Positions 1 through 8,511 of a stretch of DNA of 24,165 nucleotides are shown piece by piece (position 1 is the first letter of the stretch; each line of letters starts with the position of its first letter). The notes beneath the pieces are model-generated. The model did not search any database and was not told where the DNA came from. It saw only the letters and a program-made list of their open reading frames with translations. The position numbers were made by a program, and so were the translations under genes. Location of the stretch: the NCBI GenBank assembly GCA_046583315.1, contig JAYGCN010000040.1, positions 1 to 24,165 of the forward strand, in the 5' to 3' direction. This DNA comes from Candidatus Hydrogenedentota bacterium (lineage in GTDB: Bacteria > Hydrogenedentota > Hydrogenedentia > Hydrogenedentales > GCA-2746185).

Positions 1-147
1 GATTTCCCCAAGATGATCGGTTATTACCAGGACGGAAAACTGGATCTGGACAGCATGATCTCGAAGACCTATACGATTAACGATGCCGTGGAAGCCTTCG
101 CCGATCTGGAAGCGGGCGGCAACGCGCGTGGCGTTATCGAGTATTAG
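1..147 (+). CDS. Zn-dependent (MDR family, class III-like) alcohol dehydrogenase, C-terminal fragment, 5' truncated by the window edge
   Basis: Frame 1 reads DFPKMIGYYQDGKLDLDSMISKTYTINDAVEAFADLEAGGNARGVIEY* (TAG 145-147). This resembles the DFP..G.L.LD.LI...Y.L..IN.AF..L..G...R.V C-terminus of MDR alcohol dehydrogenases. Confidence 0.8.
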   Translation, partial: DFPKMIGYYQDGKLDLDSMISKTYTINDAVEAFADLEAGGNARGVIEY

Positions 148-156
148 CGAATCTGC

Positions 157-211
157 AAAAAAACGACTGGCCTCGGGAGACTAAACGTTTCCCGAGGCCA
201 CTTTCGTTTTT
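157..211. terminator. Bidirectional Rho-independent terminator between convergent genes
   Basis: TGGCCTCGGGA (168-178) pairs with TCCCGAGGCCA (190-200), extendable inward by GAC/GTT. An A-tract (157-163) precedes it and a T-rich tail (202-211) follows. It sits between two stop codons (147 on +, 226 on -). Confidence 0.9.
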
Positions 212-225
212 AATGAATCAGGATG

Positions 226-1005
226 TTAGTCCAGTTCCATGATCTCTACTTTTCGGAACTGGCAGGGGTGGCTTTCGGATTGCAGCGAGATTGTGCCGCC
301 GGAGAGTTTGACTTCGCCGCCTTGTGCTTCGATGAGTTTCTTGCCGACGGGGTCGTTGGGGTCGAGTTGCGGTCCCTGGTATTCCATGACGAGTTCGCCG
401 TTGATGAAGTGTTTGAATGATTTGTCGCCGCGTACTTCGACTTCGATGGTTACCCATTGGTCGCCGTGAAAGGTGTCGGACTTTGAATTGGCGCAGTGCG
501 GTTTGAAGAGTTTCCCACGGCGTTCAATGTGGGTGCTGGGTGAACACATGTTCGCCGTGGTGCGTTTATCGGTGCCGTTACCGCCAAGCAACTGGACTTC
601 GATGGAGGCCGGGAAATCTTGATCCTTCGTCATCGTTTCGGGAGCCTGCCCGTGCAGCATGAGTCCGCTGTTGCGATACGCCCAGCCGGGACCGTCGTGC
701 ATCTGGTCTCCGGTGAAACGGTATTCCACACGCAGGCGGTATTTGGAGAATTCTGTTTTATAGAAGAGATGCCCGAAATTCTCTTTGAAATCATCGTATT
801 TGTCGTAGGAGACCGTAATCATGCCGTCTTCAACACGAAAAGTGTTGCGGAAATCCTCGCCCAGGGCTTCGTATCGGATTTTCGGGGTCCATCCATCGAG
901 GTCTTTACCGTTGAACAGGCTGACCCATTCGGCGGCGTAGGTGGAGGTTGAAGCAAGGGTGAGCAGCGAAGCGAGACACAGTGAAGTACAAAGTCGATTA
1001 AGCAT
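226..1005 (-). CDS. Secreted DUF1080 (3-keto-glycoside hydrolase/hydratase-like, ConA-like fold) protein
   Basis: Motifs W.SLFNGKDLDGW, RNSGL, SIEVQL and GTISLQSE are typical of DUF1080. The N-terminus MLNRLCTSLCLASLLTLASTSTYA looks like a signal peptide. Start moved from 1038 to the ATG at 1005 because an AAAGGAGA RBS lies just upstream of it. Confidence 0.85.
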   Translation of the reverse strand: MLNRLCTSLCLASLLTLASTSTYAAEWVSLFNGKDLDGWTPKIRYEALGEDFRNTFRVEDGMITVSYDKYDDFKENFGHLFYKTEFSKYRLRVEYRFTGDQMHDGPGWAYRNSGLMLHGQAPETMTKDQDFPASIEVQLLGGNGTDKRTTANMCSPSTHIERRGKLFKPHCANSKSDTFHGDQWVTIEVEVRGDKSFKHFINGELVMEYQGPQLDPNDPVGKKLIEAQGGEVKLSGGTISLQSESHPCQFRKVEIMELD

Positions 1006-1131
1006 GAAATTCTCCTTTTCAGAGGGATACCATAACAAAATCGTCGAGGGAAGGCATAGTCACTCGTCCAATCGGGCATTTTTTTCGTAAATCTGAAGGC
1101 CTGTGCGGAATACCTAATCCCAAGCCCTGAA

Positions 1132-1160
1132 TTGACTTGCGATTCGGCGTATGTTAGTAT
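1132..1160 (+). promoter_or_regulatory. Sigma70-type promoter upstream of nadX
   Basis: TTGACT (1132-1137), a 17-nt spacer, then TAGTAT (1155-1160), with an extended -10 TG at 1152-1153. Confidence 0.65.
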
Positions 1161-1288
1161 CCCGCAGTTACGGACGTCACGATTCTCTTGTGACAGGCCC
1201 TCGACGATGCAAAAACGGAGCCAGACGGGCCGTTGTGCTTGCCGGGGAGAGCTGTTGTACATCGATTGGGTGATAAACAGTGAGTACT

Positions 1289-2095
1289 ATGAAATTTGGC
1301 ATGGTTGGCTGCGGTAACATCGGTGCCGACCTGTGTATAGCGTTAAAAAAGAACACGATTCCGGCCGAACTTGTTGCGTTGACAGACATTGATGACGAAC
1401 GGGCGAAAGTGTTGGTGCGTTCATTTGAATTAGACGCGGCTGTTTGTGATATTGACGAGAATGCGAGCAAGGTAGACTTTCTGGTTGAGTGTGCGGTTGC
1501 GGATGTTGTGCCGGATGTCGTGAAAGCGGCGATTCGTCATCGTGTCGATTGTCTCATTATGAGCGTCGGCGGATTGATGGAGAATCCGGGTCTCTTCAAA
1601 CGGGCACAACAAAGCGGCATTCAGATTCATCTGCCGGCTGGTGCGTTGAGCGGCCTGGATGGCGTTCGGTCTGCGATGGAAGCGGGTTTGCACAGTGTCA
1701 CATTGACGACGCGCAAGCCGCCAGCGGGTTTGGAAGGTGCGCCGTATTTGCTCGAGAATGGTATTAACTTGCAAGACCTGACGGAGCCGATGCTGGTTTT
1801 TGAAGGAAGCGCTGCGGAAGCGGTCAAAGCGTTTCCGAAAAATGTAAACGTCGCGGCGTCATTGAGTTTTGCCGGAATAGGACCCGAAGAAACAAAAGTT
1901 AAAGTCATCGCTGACCCGCTGGCTACCTCGAACATCCATGAAGTGATCGCCGAAGGAGCCTTCGGACGATTGAAAACGGTAACGGAAAATATGCCTTCAC
2001 CCCGAAACGCGAAATCGAGCTATCTGGCTTCTCTGTCTGCGATTGCAGAATTGCGAAGCGCGGCCATGACTCATGCGGTACACACCTTCGCATAG
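1289..2095 (+). CDS. nadX: L-aspartate dehydrogenase
   Basis: Rossmann motif GCGNIG, then VECA, IMSVGGL, PAGALSGLD, TTRKPP, FEGSA.EA...FPKNVNVA, NIHE and N.KSS.LA, which is the NadX signature set. ATG at 1289 is preferred; GTG at 1280 is an alternative. Confidence 0.9.
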   Translation: MKFGMVGCGNIGADLCIALKKNTIPAELVALTDIDDERAKVLVRSFELDAAVCDIDENASKVDFLVECAVADVVPDVVKAAIRHRVDCLIMSVGGLMENPGLFKRAQQSGIQIHLPAGALSGLDGVRSAMEAGLHSVTLTTRKPPAGLEGAPYLLENGINLQDLTEPMLVFEGSAAEAVKAFPKNVNVAASLSFAGIGPEETKVKVIADPLATSNIHEVIAEGAFGRLKTVTENMPSPRNAKSSYLASLSAIAELRSAAMTHAVHTFA

Positions 2096-2175
2096 GGTTT
2101 ATTGATACATCAATTACGAATTTAGTCATCAGCACCGGAATCGTTCCGGGCGCACTATAGAGTGGAGAACGAAAC

Positions 2176-2487
2176 ATGTACGCAGTGGTAACGACAGGTG
2201 GTAAGCAGGTAAAGGTTGCAGAAGGCGACGTGATTCGCGTTGAAAAGCTGGACGTGAATGTAGGCGATACGGTTGAGCTGGACGATGTTCAGATGATCGG
2301 TAAAGACGAAGGCGCGGTGATTGATCCGGATGCGCTGAGCTCGGCCAAAGTGGTTTGTGAAGTCACGGATCAGGGTCGTCGCAAAAAGATTAAAGTGTTC
2401 AAGATGAAACGTCGTAAGAATTATCATCGTACGATTGGTCATCGTCAGTATTACACGGAACTTAAAGTACAACAGATTCAAGCTTAA
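2176..2487 (+). CDS. rplU: 50S ribosomal protein L21
   Basis: [21 protein letters not shown] and K.RRK.Y....GHRQ.YT; 103 aa; GGAG RBS upstream. Confidence 0.98.
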   Translation: MYAVVTTGGKQVKVAEGDVIRVEKLDVNVGDTVELDDVQMIGKDEGAVIDPDALSSAKVVCEVTDQGRRKKIKVFKMKRRKNYHRTIGHRQYYTELKVQQIQA

Positions 2488-2526
2488 TCGGCCCACTGCG
2501 GTCGAGCGGTTGAAAAGGAAAACAAC

Positions 2527-2784
2527 ATGTCACATAAAAAAGCGGGCGGTAGCACTCGGAACGGTAGGGATTCAGAAGCCAAACGGCGCGGCGTCAAGAA
2601 ATACGGCGGCGAGACGGTTAAGGCCGGCAATATTCTTGTGCGCCAGTGCGGTACGAAATTTCACCCCGGACACAACGTTGGTTTGGGTCGCGATTACACC
2701 CTTTTCGCGACATCTGATGGCGTGGTATCTTTCCGCAATACGCGCAAAGATCGTAAATGCGTGGATGTCACTCCCGCCGATTAG
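2527..2784 (+). CDS. rpmA: 50S ribosomal protein L27
   Basis: [49 protein letters not shown]. Confidence 0.98.
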   Translation: MSHKKAGGSTRNGRDSEAKRRGVKKYGGETVKAGNILVRQCGTKFHPGHNVGLGRDYTLFATSDGVVSFRNTRKDRKCVDVTPAD

Positions 2785-2817
2785 TTCGGGATTGACCACA
2801 CGCGAAATTGAGCATCC

Positions 2818-4071
2818 ATGTTTATTGACCGCGTTCGCATTAAAGTAGAAGCTGGCGGGGGCGGTAAAGGATGCACCAGTTTTCGACGTGAAAAATATGT
2901 CTCCCACGGTGGACCCAACGGGGGAGACGGAGGCGACGGCGGCGATGTGCTTATCGTCGCTGCTTCTCGTTTAGGGACCCTCCAGGATGTCCGGTATCAT
3001 CCCGAATGGCGTGGCAATCGCGGTGCTCACGGCATGGGTAGCGACATGCACGGTAAAGGCGGGGAAGACCTTACGATTCTGGTTCCGGCGGGCACCGTCG
3101 TAAAAGATCGCGAAACGGGTGAAATTCTGGCCGATCTGGTCGAGGATAACGAAATCTACATCGCGGCCCACGGTGGCCAAGGCGGCAAGGGTAACGCGCG
3201 ATTCGCAACGTCCACCAATCGCGCGCCACAATTTCACGAGCAAGGCGAACCCGGCGAACTGGTCGAACTTCAGCTTGAACTAAAATTGCTCGCGGATGTG
3301 GGGATTGTCGGATTGCCCAATGCCGGAAAGTCGACCTTCCTGGCTGCGGTGAGCAAGGCAACTCCGAAGATTGCTGACTACCCCTTTACGACGCTCACTC
3401 CGAATCTTGGCGTCGTCACGCTTGGCGAATACCGTTCGCTGGTGATAGCGGATATCCCGGGAATTATTGAAGGCGCCGCGCAAGGCAAGGGACTCGGGCA
3501 TGATTTTCTGCGCCATATCGAACGCACGAAAGTGTTACTCTATTTTGTCGATTCGCTGTTTCAGGAACCTGCGGAGACCTTCGCCATTCTCGAGAATGAA
3601 TTACTCGAACACAGTGCGGAGTTTGCCAAACGCCCGAAGATTCTCGCCTTTACCAAATCGGACATCACCGAGAACCGTGAAGCCTTCGAAACGATGAGAA
3701 AGACCTTCCCTGATTCTGTTCTTATTTCGTCGGTATCGGGTGATGGAATCCCAGAATTGCTCGAACTTCTATGGACGACGGTGGAACGCTATAATCGGGA
3801 ACTTGAGGAGGGTGCTGATGAGGCTGAGCCGGAGGTGGAATACACCTTTGATGCCCCGTTTACCGTGGATGCCTGTGAGGGTGGGTATGAAATCGGTGGT
3901 AAAAAAGTGATTCGCGCAGTGCGCATGACGGACTTTGAGAATGAGGAAGGTCTTCGGCATCTTGATAAGGTATTGAAAAAAATGGGCTTATACAAGGCGT
4001 TGCAGCGAATGGGCGCCAAAGACGGTGATACGATTTTCGTCAGTGATATTGAAATGGAATATCGGGAATAA
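2818..4071 (+). CDS. obgE: GTPase ObgE/CgtA with C-terminal OCT (DUF1967-like) domain
   Basis: Gly-rich Obg domain (SFRREKY...GGPNGGDGG), G1 GLPNAGKS, G2 YPFTT, G3 DIPG, G4 TKSD, and a C-terminal L..MG...AL...GAKDGDT. Confidence 0.97.
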   Translation: MFIDRVRIKVEAGGGGKGCTSFRREKYVSHGGPNGGDGGDGGDVLIVAASRLGTLQDVRYHPEWRGNRGAHGMGSDMHGKGGEDLTILVPAGTVVKDRETGEILADLVEDNEIYIAAHGGQGGKGNARFATSTNRAPQFHEQGEPGELVELQLELKLLADVGIVGLPNAGKSTFLAAVSKATPKIADYPFTTLTPNLGVVTLGEYRSLVIADIPGIIEGAAQGKGLGHDFLRHIERTKVLLYFVDSLFQEPAETFAILENELLEHSAEFAKRPKILAFTKSDITENREAFETMRKTFPDSVLISSVSGDGIPELLELLWTTVERYNRELEEGADEAEPEVEYTFDAPFTVDACEGGYEIGGKKVIRAVRMTDFENEEGLRHLDKVLKKMGLYKALQRMGAKDGDTIFVSDIEMEYRE

Positions 4072-4088
4072 TCCGGGAACTGGACAGG

Positions 4089-5216
4089 ATGGAACACGAT
4101 TTTTCACATATTAAAACCCTCGTTGTCAAAATCGGCACAACGCTGCTGAGCAATGACGAAGGGTTTGACGGTATGCTGCTGGAGGGGCTCGTCAAGGATC
4201 TCGCCAAGGCCAAACGCGAACGAAATCTCAATTTGGTGGTCGTCTCGTCAGGCGCGATGGGCTGCGGCATGGATCGGCTCGGCATGACTGAGCGGCCCAC
4301 GTTGCTGCGCATCAAACAGGCCACGGCGGCGGTCGGCCAATCACGACTCATGCACATTTACGAGGCGCTCTTTCAAACCTACGGCGACGGACTGAAGACT
4401 GCGCAGGTGTTGTTGTCCACGCATGACCTGGATGATCACCAGTCCTACTTGAACGTGCGCAATACCATCAATACATTATTCGAATTTGAGAACGTGATTC
4501 CGATAATCAACGAAAATGATTCGACGGCTCCTGATGAGTTGCGTTTCGGCGATAACGATACGCTCGCCGCGCGGGTGTCTTCGAAAATTGATGCGGACAT
4601 GCTTGTGATTCTCAGCAACGTGGACGGACTCTACAAATCGAATCCCGCGACTGACCCGAATGCCGAGTTGATTGAACACGTGGAGAACGTGACGTCGGAT
4701 ATTGAATCTTTCGCCGAGGATACCACGGTCGCGACATCCATCGGGGGCATGAAGACAAAATTGGAAGCGGCCAAAATCGCGTGTACCTCTGGATTGCCGC
4801 TGGTGATCGCGAACGGGAACCGCCCGAACATCATCAGCGAGATTTTGGAGGGTAAGGCCCCGATGACCGTTTTCGGCGCCGATCCTGATGGTCTAGAGCC
4901 TCGCAAGCGCTGGATCGCATTTGGAACAGCTCCCAAAGGCATGGTACACATCGACTCCGGGGCATGTGACGCGCTCATCGACAAGAATACGAGCCTATTG
5001 CCTGCGGGTATTGTGTCAGTGGATGGCGTATTTGGCGCGGGTGCGTCAGTGAGCATAGTGGATGGTAGGGGTAAAGAAGTTGCTCGCGGGTTGGTCAATT
5101 ACAGTTCCGAAGAGATGACCCGGATAATGGGTCTGAAATCCAACGAAATAGCGGCGGAATTGGGCCGAAAAGACTATGATTCCGCAGTGCACCGGGACAA
5201 TCTGGTATTGTTATAG
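4089..5216 (+). CDS. proB: Glutamate 5-kinase with PUA domain
   Basis: VVKIGT, VSSGA, KQA.AAVGQ, PIINEND, FGDNDTLAA and GGM.TKL.AA, followed by a PUA domain (SLLPAGI, ARGLVNY, VHRDNLV). Confidence 0.97.
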   Translation: MEHDFSHIKTLVVKIGTTLLSNDEGFDGMLLEGLVKDLAKAKRERNLNLVVVSSGAMGCGMDRLGMTERPTLLRIKQATAAVGQSRLMHIYEALFQTYGDGLKTAQVLLSTHDLDDHQSYLNVRNTINTLFEFENVIPIINENDSTAPDELRFGDNDTLAARVSSKIDADMLVILSNVDGLYKSNPATDPNAELIEHVENVTSDIESFAEDTTVATSIGGMKTKLEAAKIACTSGLPLVIANGNRPNIISEILEGKAPMTVFGADPDGLEPRKRWIAFGTAPKGMVHIDSGACDALIDKNTSLLPAGIVSVDGVFGAGASVSIVDGRGKEVARGLVNYSSEEMTRIMGLKSNEIAAELGRKDYDSAVHRDNLVLL

Positions 5217-5269
5217 AAAATAGAGGGTGGAATCCGTAATATTCGTCTAAACAACCAATGGAGCCTGTG

Positions 5270-6538
5270 ATGGCTACGGTCGAAAAATCGCTACAAGAGC
5301 AGCTTGAGGAAATCGGGAAACAAGCGCGTGAGGCGTCGCACGCCTTGCGAAGCCTATCGACGACCGTCAAAGATGATGCCTTGCGGCTCATTGCCAAGCG
5401 CCTGCGTGCATCGAAGGCGCTCCTGCAGGAAGAAAACGCCAAGGATCTGGTCACCGGTGCTGAAAAGGGATTGTCCCAGGCCATGCTGGATCGTTTGACG
5501 CTCACGGACGCGCGTATTGACGGAATGGCCGGGGCGCTTGAGGTTGTCGCGTCGCTCCCCGATCCCGTAGGGGATATCGTAAGCCAGACGGTGCGGCCCA
5601 ACGGCCTGCGTATTGCGCAAATTCGCCAGGCACTCGGTGTTGTCGGCATCATTTATGAGAGTCGACCCAATGTGACGGCTGACGCTGCGGGACTCTGTCT
5701 GAAATCTGGAAACGCTTGTGTATTACGTGGCGGTTCAGAAGCGATTCACTCGAATGTCGCCATCGCGAAGATATTCGTCGAGGGGGCCGTGGTTGCGGGT
5801 GTACACGAACATGCCGTGCAGATTATTACGACGACTGATCGCGAGGCGGTTGGTGAGATGTTGAAGTTGGATCAGTATATTGATCTCATCGTTCCCCGAG
5901 GCGGACGCTCCTTAATTGAACGCATTTATGACGAATCGCGTATTCCCGTGGTGGCGCATCTGGACGGCGTGTGCCACACCTACGTGCACGAAGCGGCTGA
6001 TCTCGATATGGCGAAGTCTATTTGTCTCAACGCGAAACTTGCGCGGCCCAGTGTGTGCAATGCGATGGAGACGATGTTGGTGGATGCTGCCATCGCCGAA
6101 GCCTTTCTCCAATCCATCGCGCCGGACTTCAATGAAGCTGAATGTGAATTACGCGGTTGCGAGCGCACCCAGGAAATTATCTCTTGCAACGCCGCTGAGC
6201 CTGAGGATTGGACCTCCGAATACAACGACACGATTCTCGCTATCAAGATTGTGGACTCCCTGGAAGAAGCGATTCACCACATCAATGAGTTCGGTTCGCA
6301 TCACTCGGATGCCATTGTGACGGACAGTTACACCGCCTCCGAACGCTTTCTTGATGCCATTGATAGCGCAACGGTTTATGTGAATGCGTCGACCTATTTT
6401 ACCGATGGCTACGAATTCGGCCTGGGTGCTGAATTGGGTATCAGCACGAGCAAGTTGCATTGCCGCGGCCCCATGGCGCTCAAGGAGTTGACCAGCTTAA
6501 AATATGTGATTCGTGGTACTGGTCAAATCCGCACCTAA
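5270..6538 (+). CDS. proA: Gamma-glutamyl phosphate reductase
   Basis: LGVVGIIYESRPNVT, KSGNA..LRGGSEA, PRGG..LI, catalytic CNA.ET, SHHSDAI and GAELGIST.KLH.RGP. ATG 5270 has GGAG 6 nt upstream; the ORF track start at 5258 is an alternative. Confidence 0.97.
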   Translation: MATVEKSLQEQLEEIGKQAREASHALRSLSTTVKDDALRLIAKRLRASKALLQEENAKDLVTGAEKGLSQAMLDRLTLTDARIDGMAGALEVVASLPDPVGDIVSQTVRPNGLRIAQIRQALGVVGIIYESRPNVTADAAGLCLKSGNACVLRGGSEAIHSNVAIAKIFVEGAVVAGVHEHAVQIITTTDREAVGEMLKLDQYIDLIVPRGGRSLIERIYDESRIPVVAHLDGVCHTYVHEAADLDMAKSICLNAKLARPSVCNAMETMLVDAAIAEAFLQSIAPDFNEAECELRGCERTQEIISCNAAEPEDWTSEYNDTILAIKIVDSLEEAIHHINEFGSHHSDAIVTDSYTASERFLDAIDSATVYVNASTYFTDGYEFGLGAELGISTSKLHCRGPMALKELTSLKYVIRGTGQIRT

Positions 6539-6557
6539 TTCGGTATAGTTGCCCGCG

Positions 6558-7148
6558 ATGAATCCACACGAGCGCATAGGCATCTTCGGCGGCACCTTCG
6601 ATCCGATCCACATTGCACACGTCGCCATTGCTCGATGCGTGCAGCAGGAAGCCAATCTTGATCGGGTGCTGTTTACAGTTGCGGCTGAACCACCGCACAA
6701 GCGCGGGGATTTCGAGGCGACGGCCGTGCAACGGTTTGCCATGGTGGAGGCAGCGCTACGTGATGAAGCGGATCTGGAGCCGTGTGACCTGGAGCTGCAT
6801 CGCGAAGGACCTTCGTATTCGGCGGATACCTTGGCCATTTTGCGGGAAAAGCATCCGAATGCCGAACTTTTTCTTATTATGGGACTTGATTCCCTGCTTG
6901 ATCTGCCGAATTGGTATCAGCCCGAGCGCATCATCGAATATGCGAATATTCTCGCAGTGGCGCGTCCGGGGTATATGGATGTTATTCCGGATACCCTAGC
7001 AGACCATACGCGCGTGATCGCATTTGACGAGTCGCCGGTATCGTCTACGTCGGTGCGCAATCGTTTGCAAAATGGCGCAATTGTTGATGATCTCATATGT
7101 CCAGCGGTGTCGCAGGTGATCCAGGAGGCGGGATTGTATGGATGCTGA
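6558..7148 (+). CDS. nadD: Nicotinate-nucleotide adenylyltransferase
   Basis: IGIFGGTFDPIH..H, PPHK, GPSYS.DTL, IMG.DSL..L..W and VSST.VR. ATG 6558 is preferred over TTG 6549. Confidence 0.95.
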   Translation: MNPHERIGIFGGTFDPIHIAHVAIARCVQQEANLDRVLFTVAAEPPHKRGDFEATAVQRFAMVEAALRDEADLEPCDLELHREGPSYSADTLAILREKHPNAELFLIMGLDSLLDLPNWYQPERIIEYANILAVARPGYMDVIPDTLADHTRVIAFDESPVSSTSVRNRLQNGAIVDDLICPAVSQVIQEAGLYGC

Positions 7149-7716
7149 GTTTGACATCCCGCGCGCGGAAGAATATCTGACGCTGCTTCGGAAACGCCTT
7201 CCGGACAAGACCTACGATCACGTTCAATCTGTTGCGCGAACGATGTTGACCTTCGCTGAAGAGGCGGGCATCACGCGCGAGCAGGCGATTACGGCGGGGT
7301 TGTTGCATGATTCCTGCAAGGCCTTCCAGCGCGAGGAGCTATTGAAACGGGCCGGGGACTATGGGATTAGTGACCATCTTGACAACCCGAACCTTCTGCA
7401 CGGGCCGGTCGCCGCAGCGGAATGCCGGGAGCTGCTGGGTATCGTGGACGCGGATGTGCTTGAGGCGATTCGCTATCACACGACGGGCCATGGGGGGTGG
7501 AGCAAGGTGGGAAGCGCCCTTTATATCGCTGATTTCGCCGAACCTCTACGGAGAATGCCTCAATCGAAAATTGCCCGTGACATGCTGGTTAGCGACGGAT
7601 TTTGCGCGACATTGCGGTATGTGACTGAGCAAAAGGTTGCGCATGTGAAAGAACGATTTACCCTTGATTCCGATACCCGGGCTTTTGCAGACTGGATACT
7701 TCAAGAACCGGGCTGA
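7138..7716 (+). CDS. yqeK: HD-domain Ap4A symmetrical hydrolase (YqeK family)
   Basis: H...VA, GLLHD..K, LLHG..AA, AIRYHTTG and LYIAD..EP. It overlaps the end of nadD, matching the conserved nadD-yqeK gene pair. Confidence 0.88.
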   Translation: MDAEFDIPRAEEYLTLLRKRLPDKTYDHVQSVARTMLTFAEEAGITREQAITAGLLHDSCKAFQREELLKRAGDYGISDHLDNPNLLHGPVAAAECRELLGIVDADVLEAIRYHTTGHGGWSKVGSALYIADFAEPLRRMPQSKIARDMLVSDGFCATLRYVTEQKVAHVKERFTLDSDTRAFADWILQEPG

Positions 7717-7719
7717 CCC

Positions 7720-8511
7720 ATGCATGATACTTTCCATAAACTGGCCAAGCATTATGACGGCATGATGAGCCACGTCGATTATGAGCGCTGGATTGCTGTG
7801 TCTACACTTATTGCGGACTTATGTCCGGACGACGATTTCTATCATTTGGATATCGGGTGTGGCACAGGCAATTTGCTGGAGGGGTTACGTGACTATGGCT
7901 GGCGATCGGTGGGGATCGATTTGTCGCATGCGATGATCGAGACGGCACGCGACCATCATCCGGAGCTACCCGTTGCGCAGGCGGATATGACGCAGCTCCC
8001 TTTTCATAACGTTTTTCATTTCGCGACCAGCGTATTTGACAGCGTCAATTTCTTGTTGTCACATGAGGCACTGGTGCAGGCCTGCAAGTCAATCCGCGGC
8101 GCGTTGACTGATTCAGGTGTGCTCTACTTCGATTTCATTTCCGAGGCGATGGTATTGGAGCATTTTGCGGACAAGGATTGGGTGGATCGCATTGACGGAA
8201 TCGACATTCGGTGGCGGGGCGTATACGACAGCGAGGCCCGGATTATAGAGAACACGATCTGGAGCGGCATGGGCGATCCGTCGGTGGTTCGGGAGCGAGT
8301 TCATTCGTTGGACGAGATTCGCGAGGCCCTCGAAGCGGTCGGTATGCGTGTTCTGGGTGTCTTTGATACGGAGAGTTGGTCGGAACCGAGCGCGACGACG
8401 CTTCGCTATGATGTCGTCGCGTGTGTTGGCGATGCTCAGGAATTGGATTCGGATTTCCGGCGAATCCGGGAAGATGTGCGACTACTTCTATCGGACGGAA
8501 AGATTTCTTAG
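7720..8511 (+). CDS. Class I SAM-dependent methyltransferase (YqeM-like)
   Basis: F..LA..YD..M..VDY..W, LDIGCGTG (motif I), GIDLS..M, ADMT, FDSVN and G.LYFD. It occupies the yqeM position downstream of nadD-yqeK. Confidence 0.85.
   Translation: MHDTFHKLAKHYDGMMSHVDYERWIAVSTLIADLCPDDDFYHLDIGCGTGNLLEGLRDYGWRSVGIDLSHAMIETARDHHPELPVAQADMTQLPFHNVFHFATSVFDSVNFLLSHEALVQACKSIRGALTDSGVLYFDFISEAMVLEHFADKDWVDRIDGIDIRWRGVYDSEARIIENTIWSGMGDPSVVRERVHSLDEIREALEAVGMRVLGVFDTESWSEPSATTLRYDVVACVGDAQELDSDFRRIREDVRLLLSDGKIS

Noticed and set aside
819..1317. Small ORFs spanning the DUF1080-nadX intergenic region
   Set aside because: They overlap real genes and the promoter and show no protein-like features.
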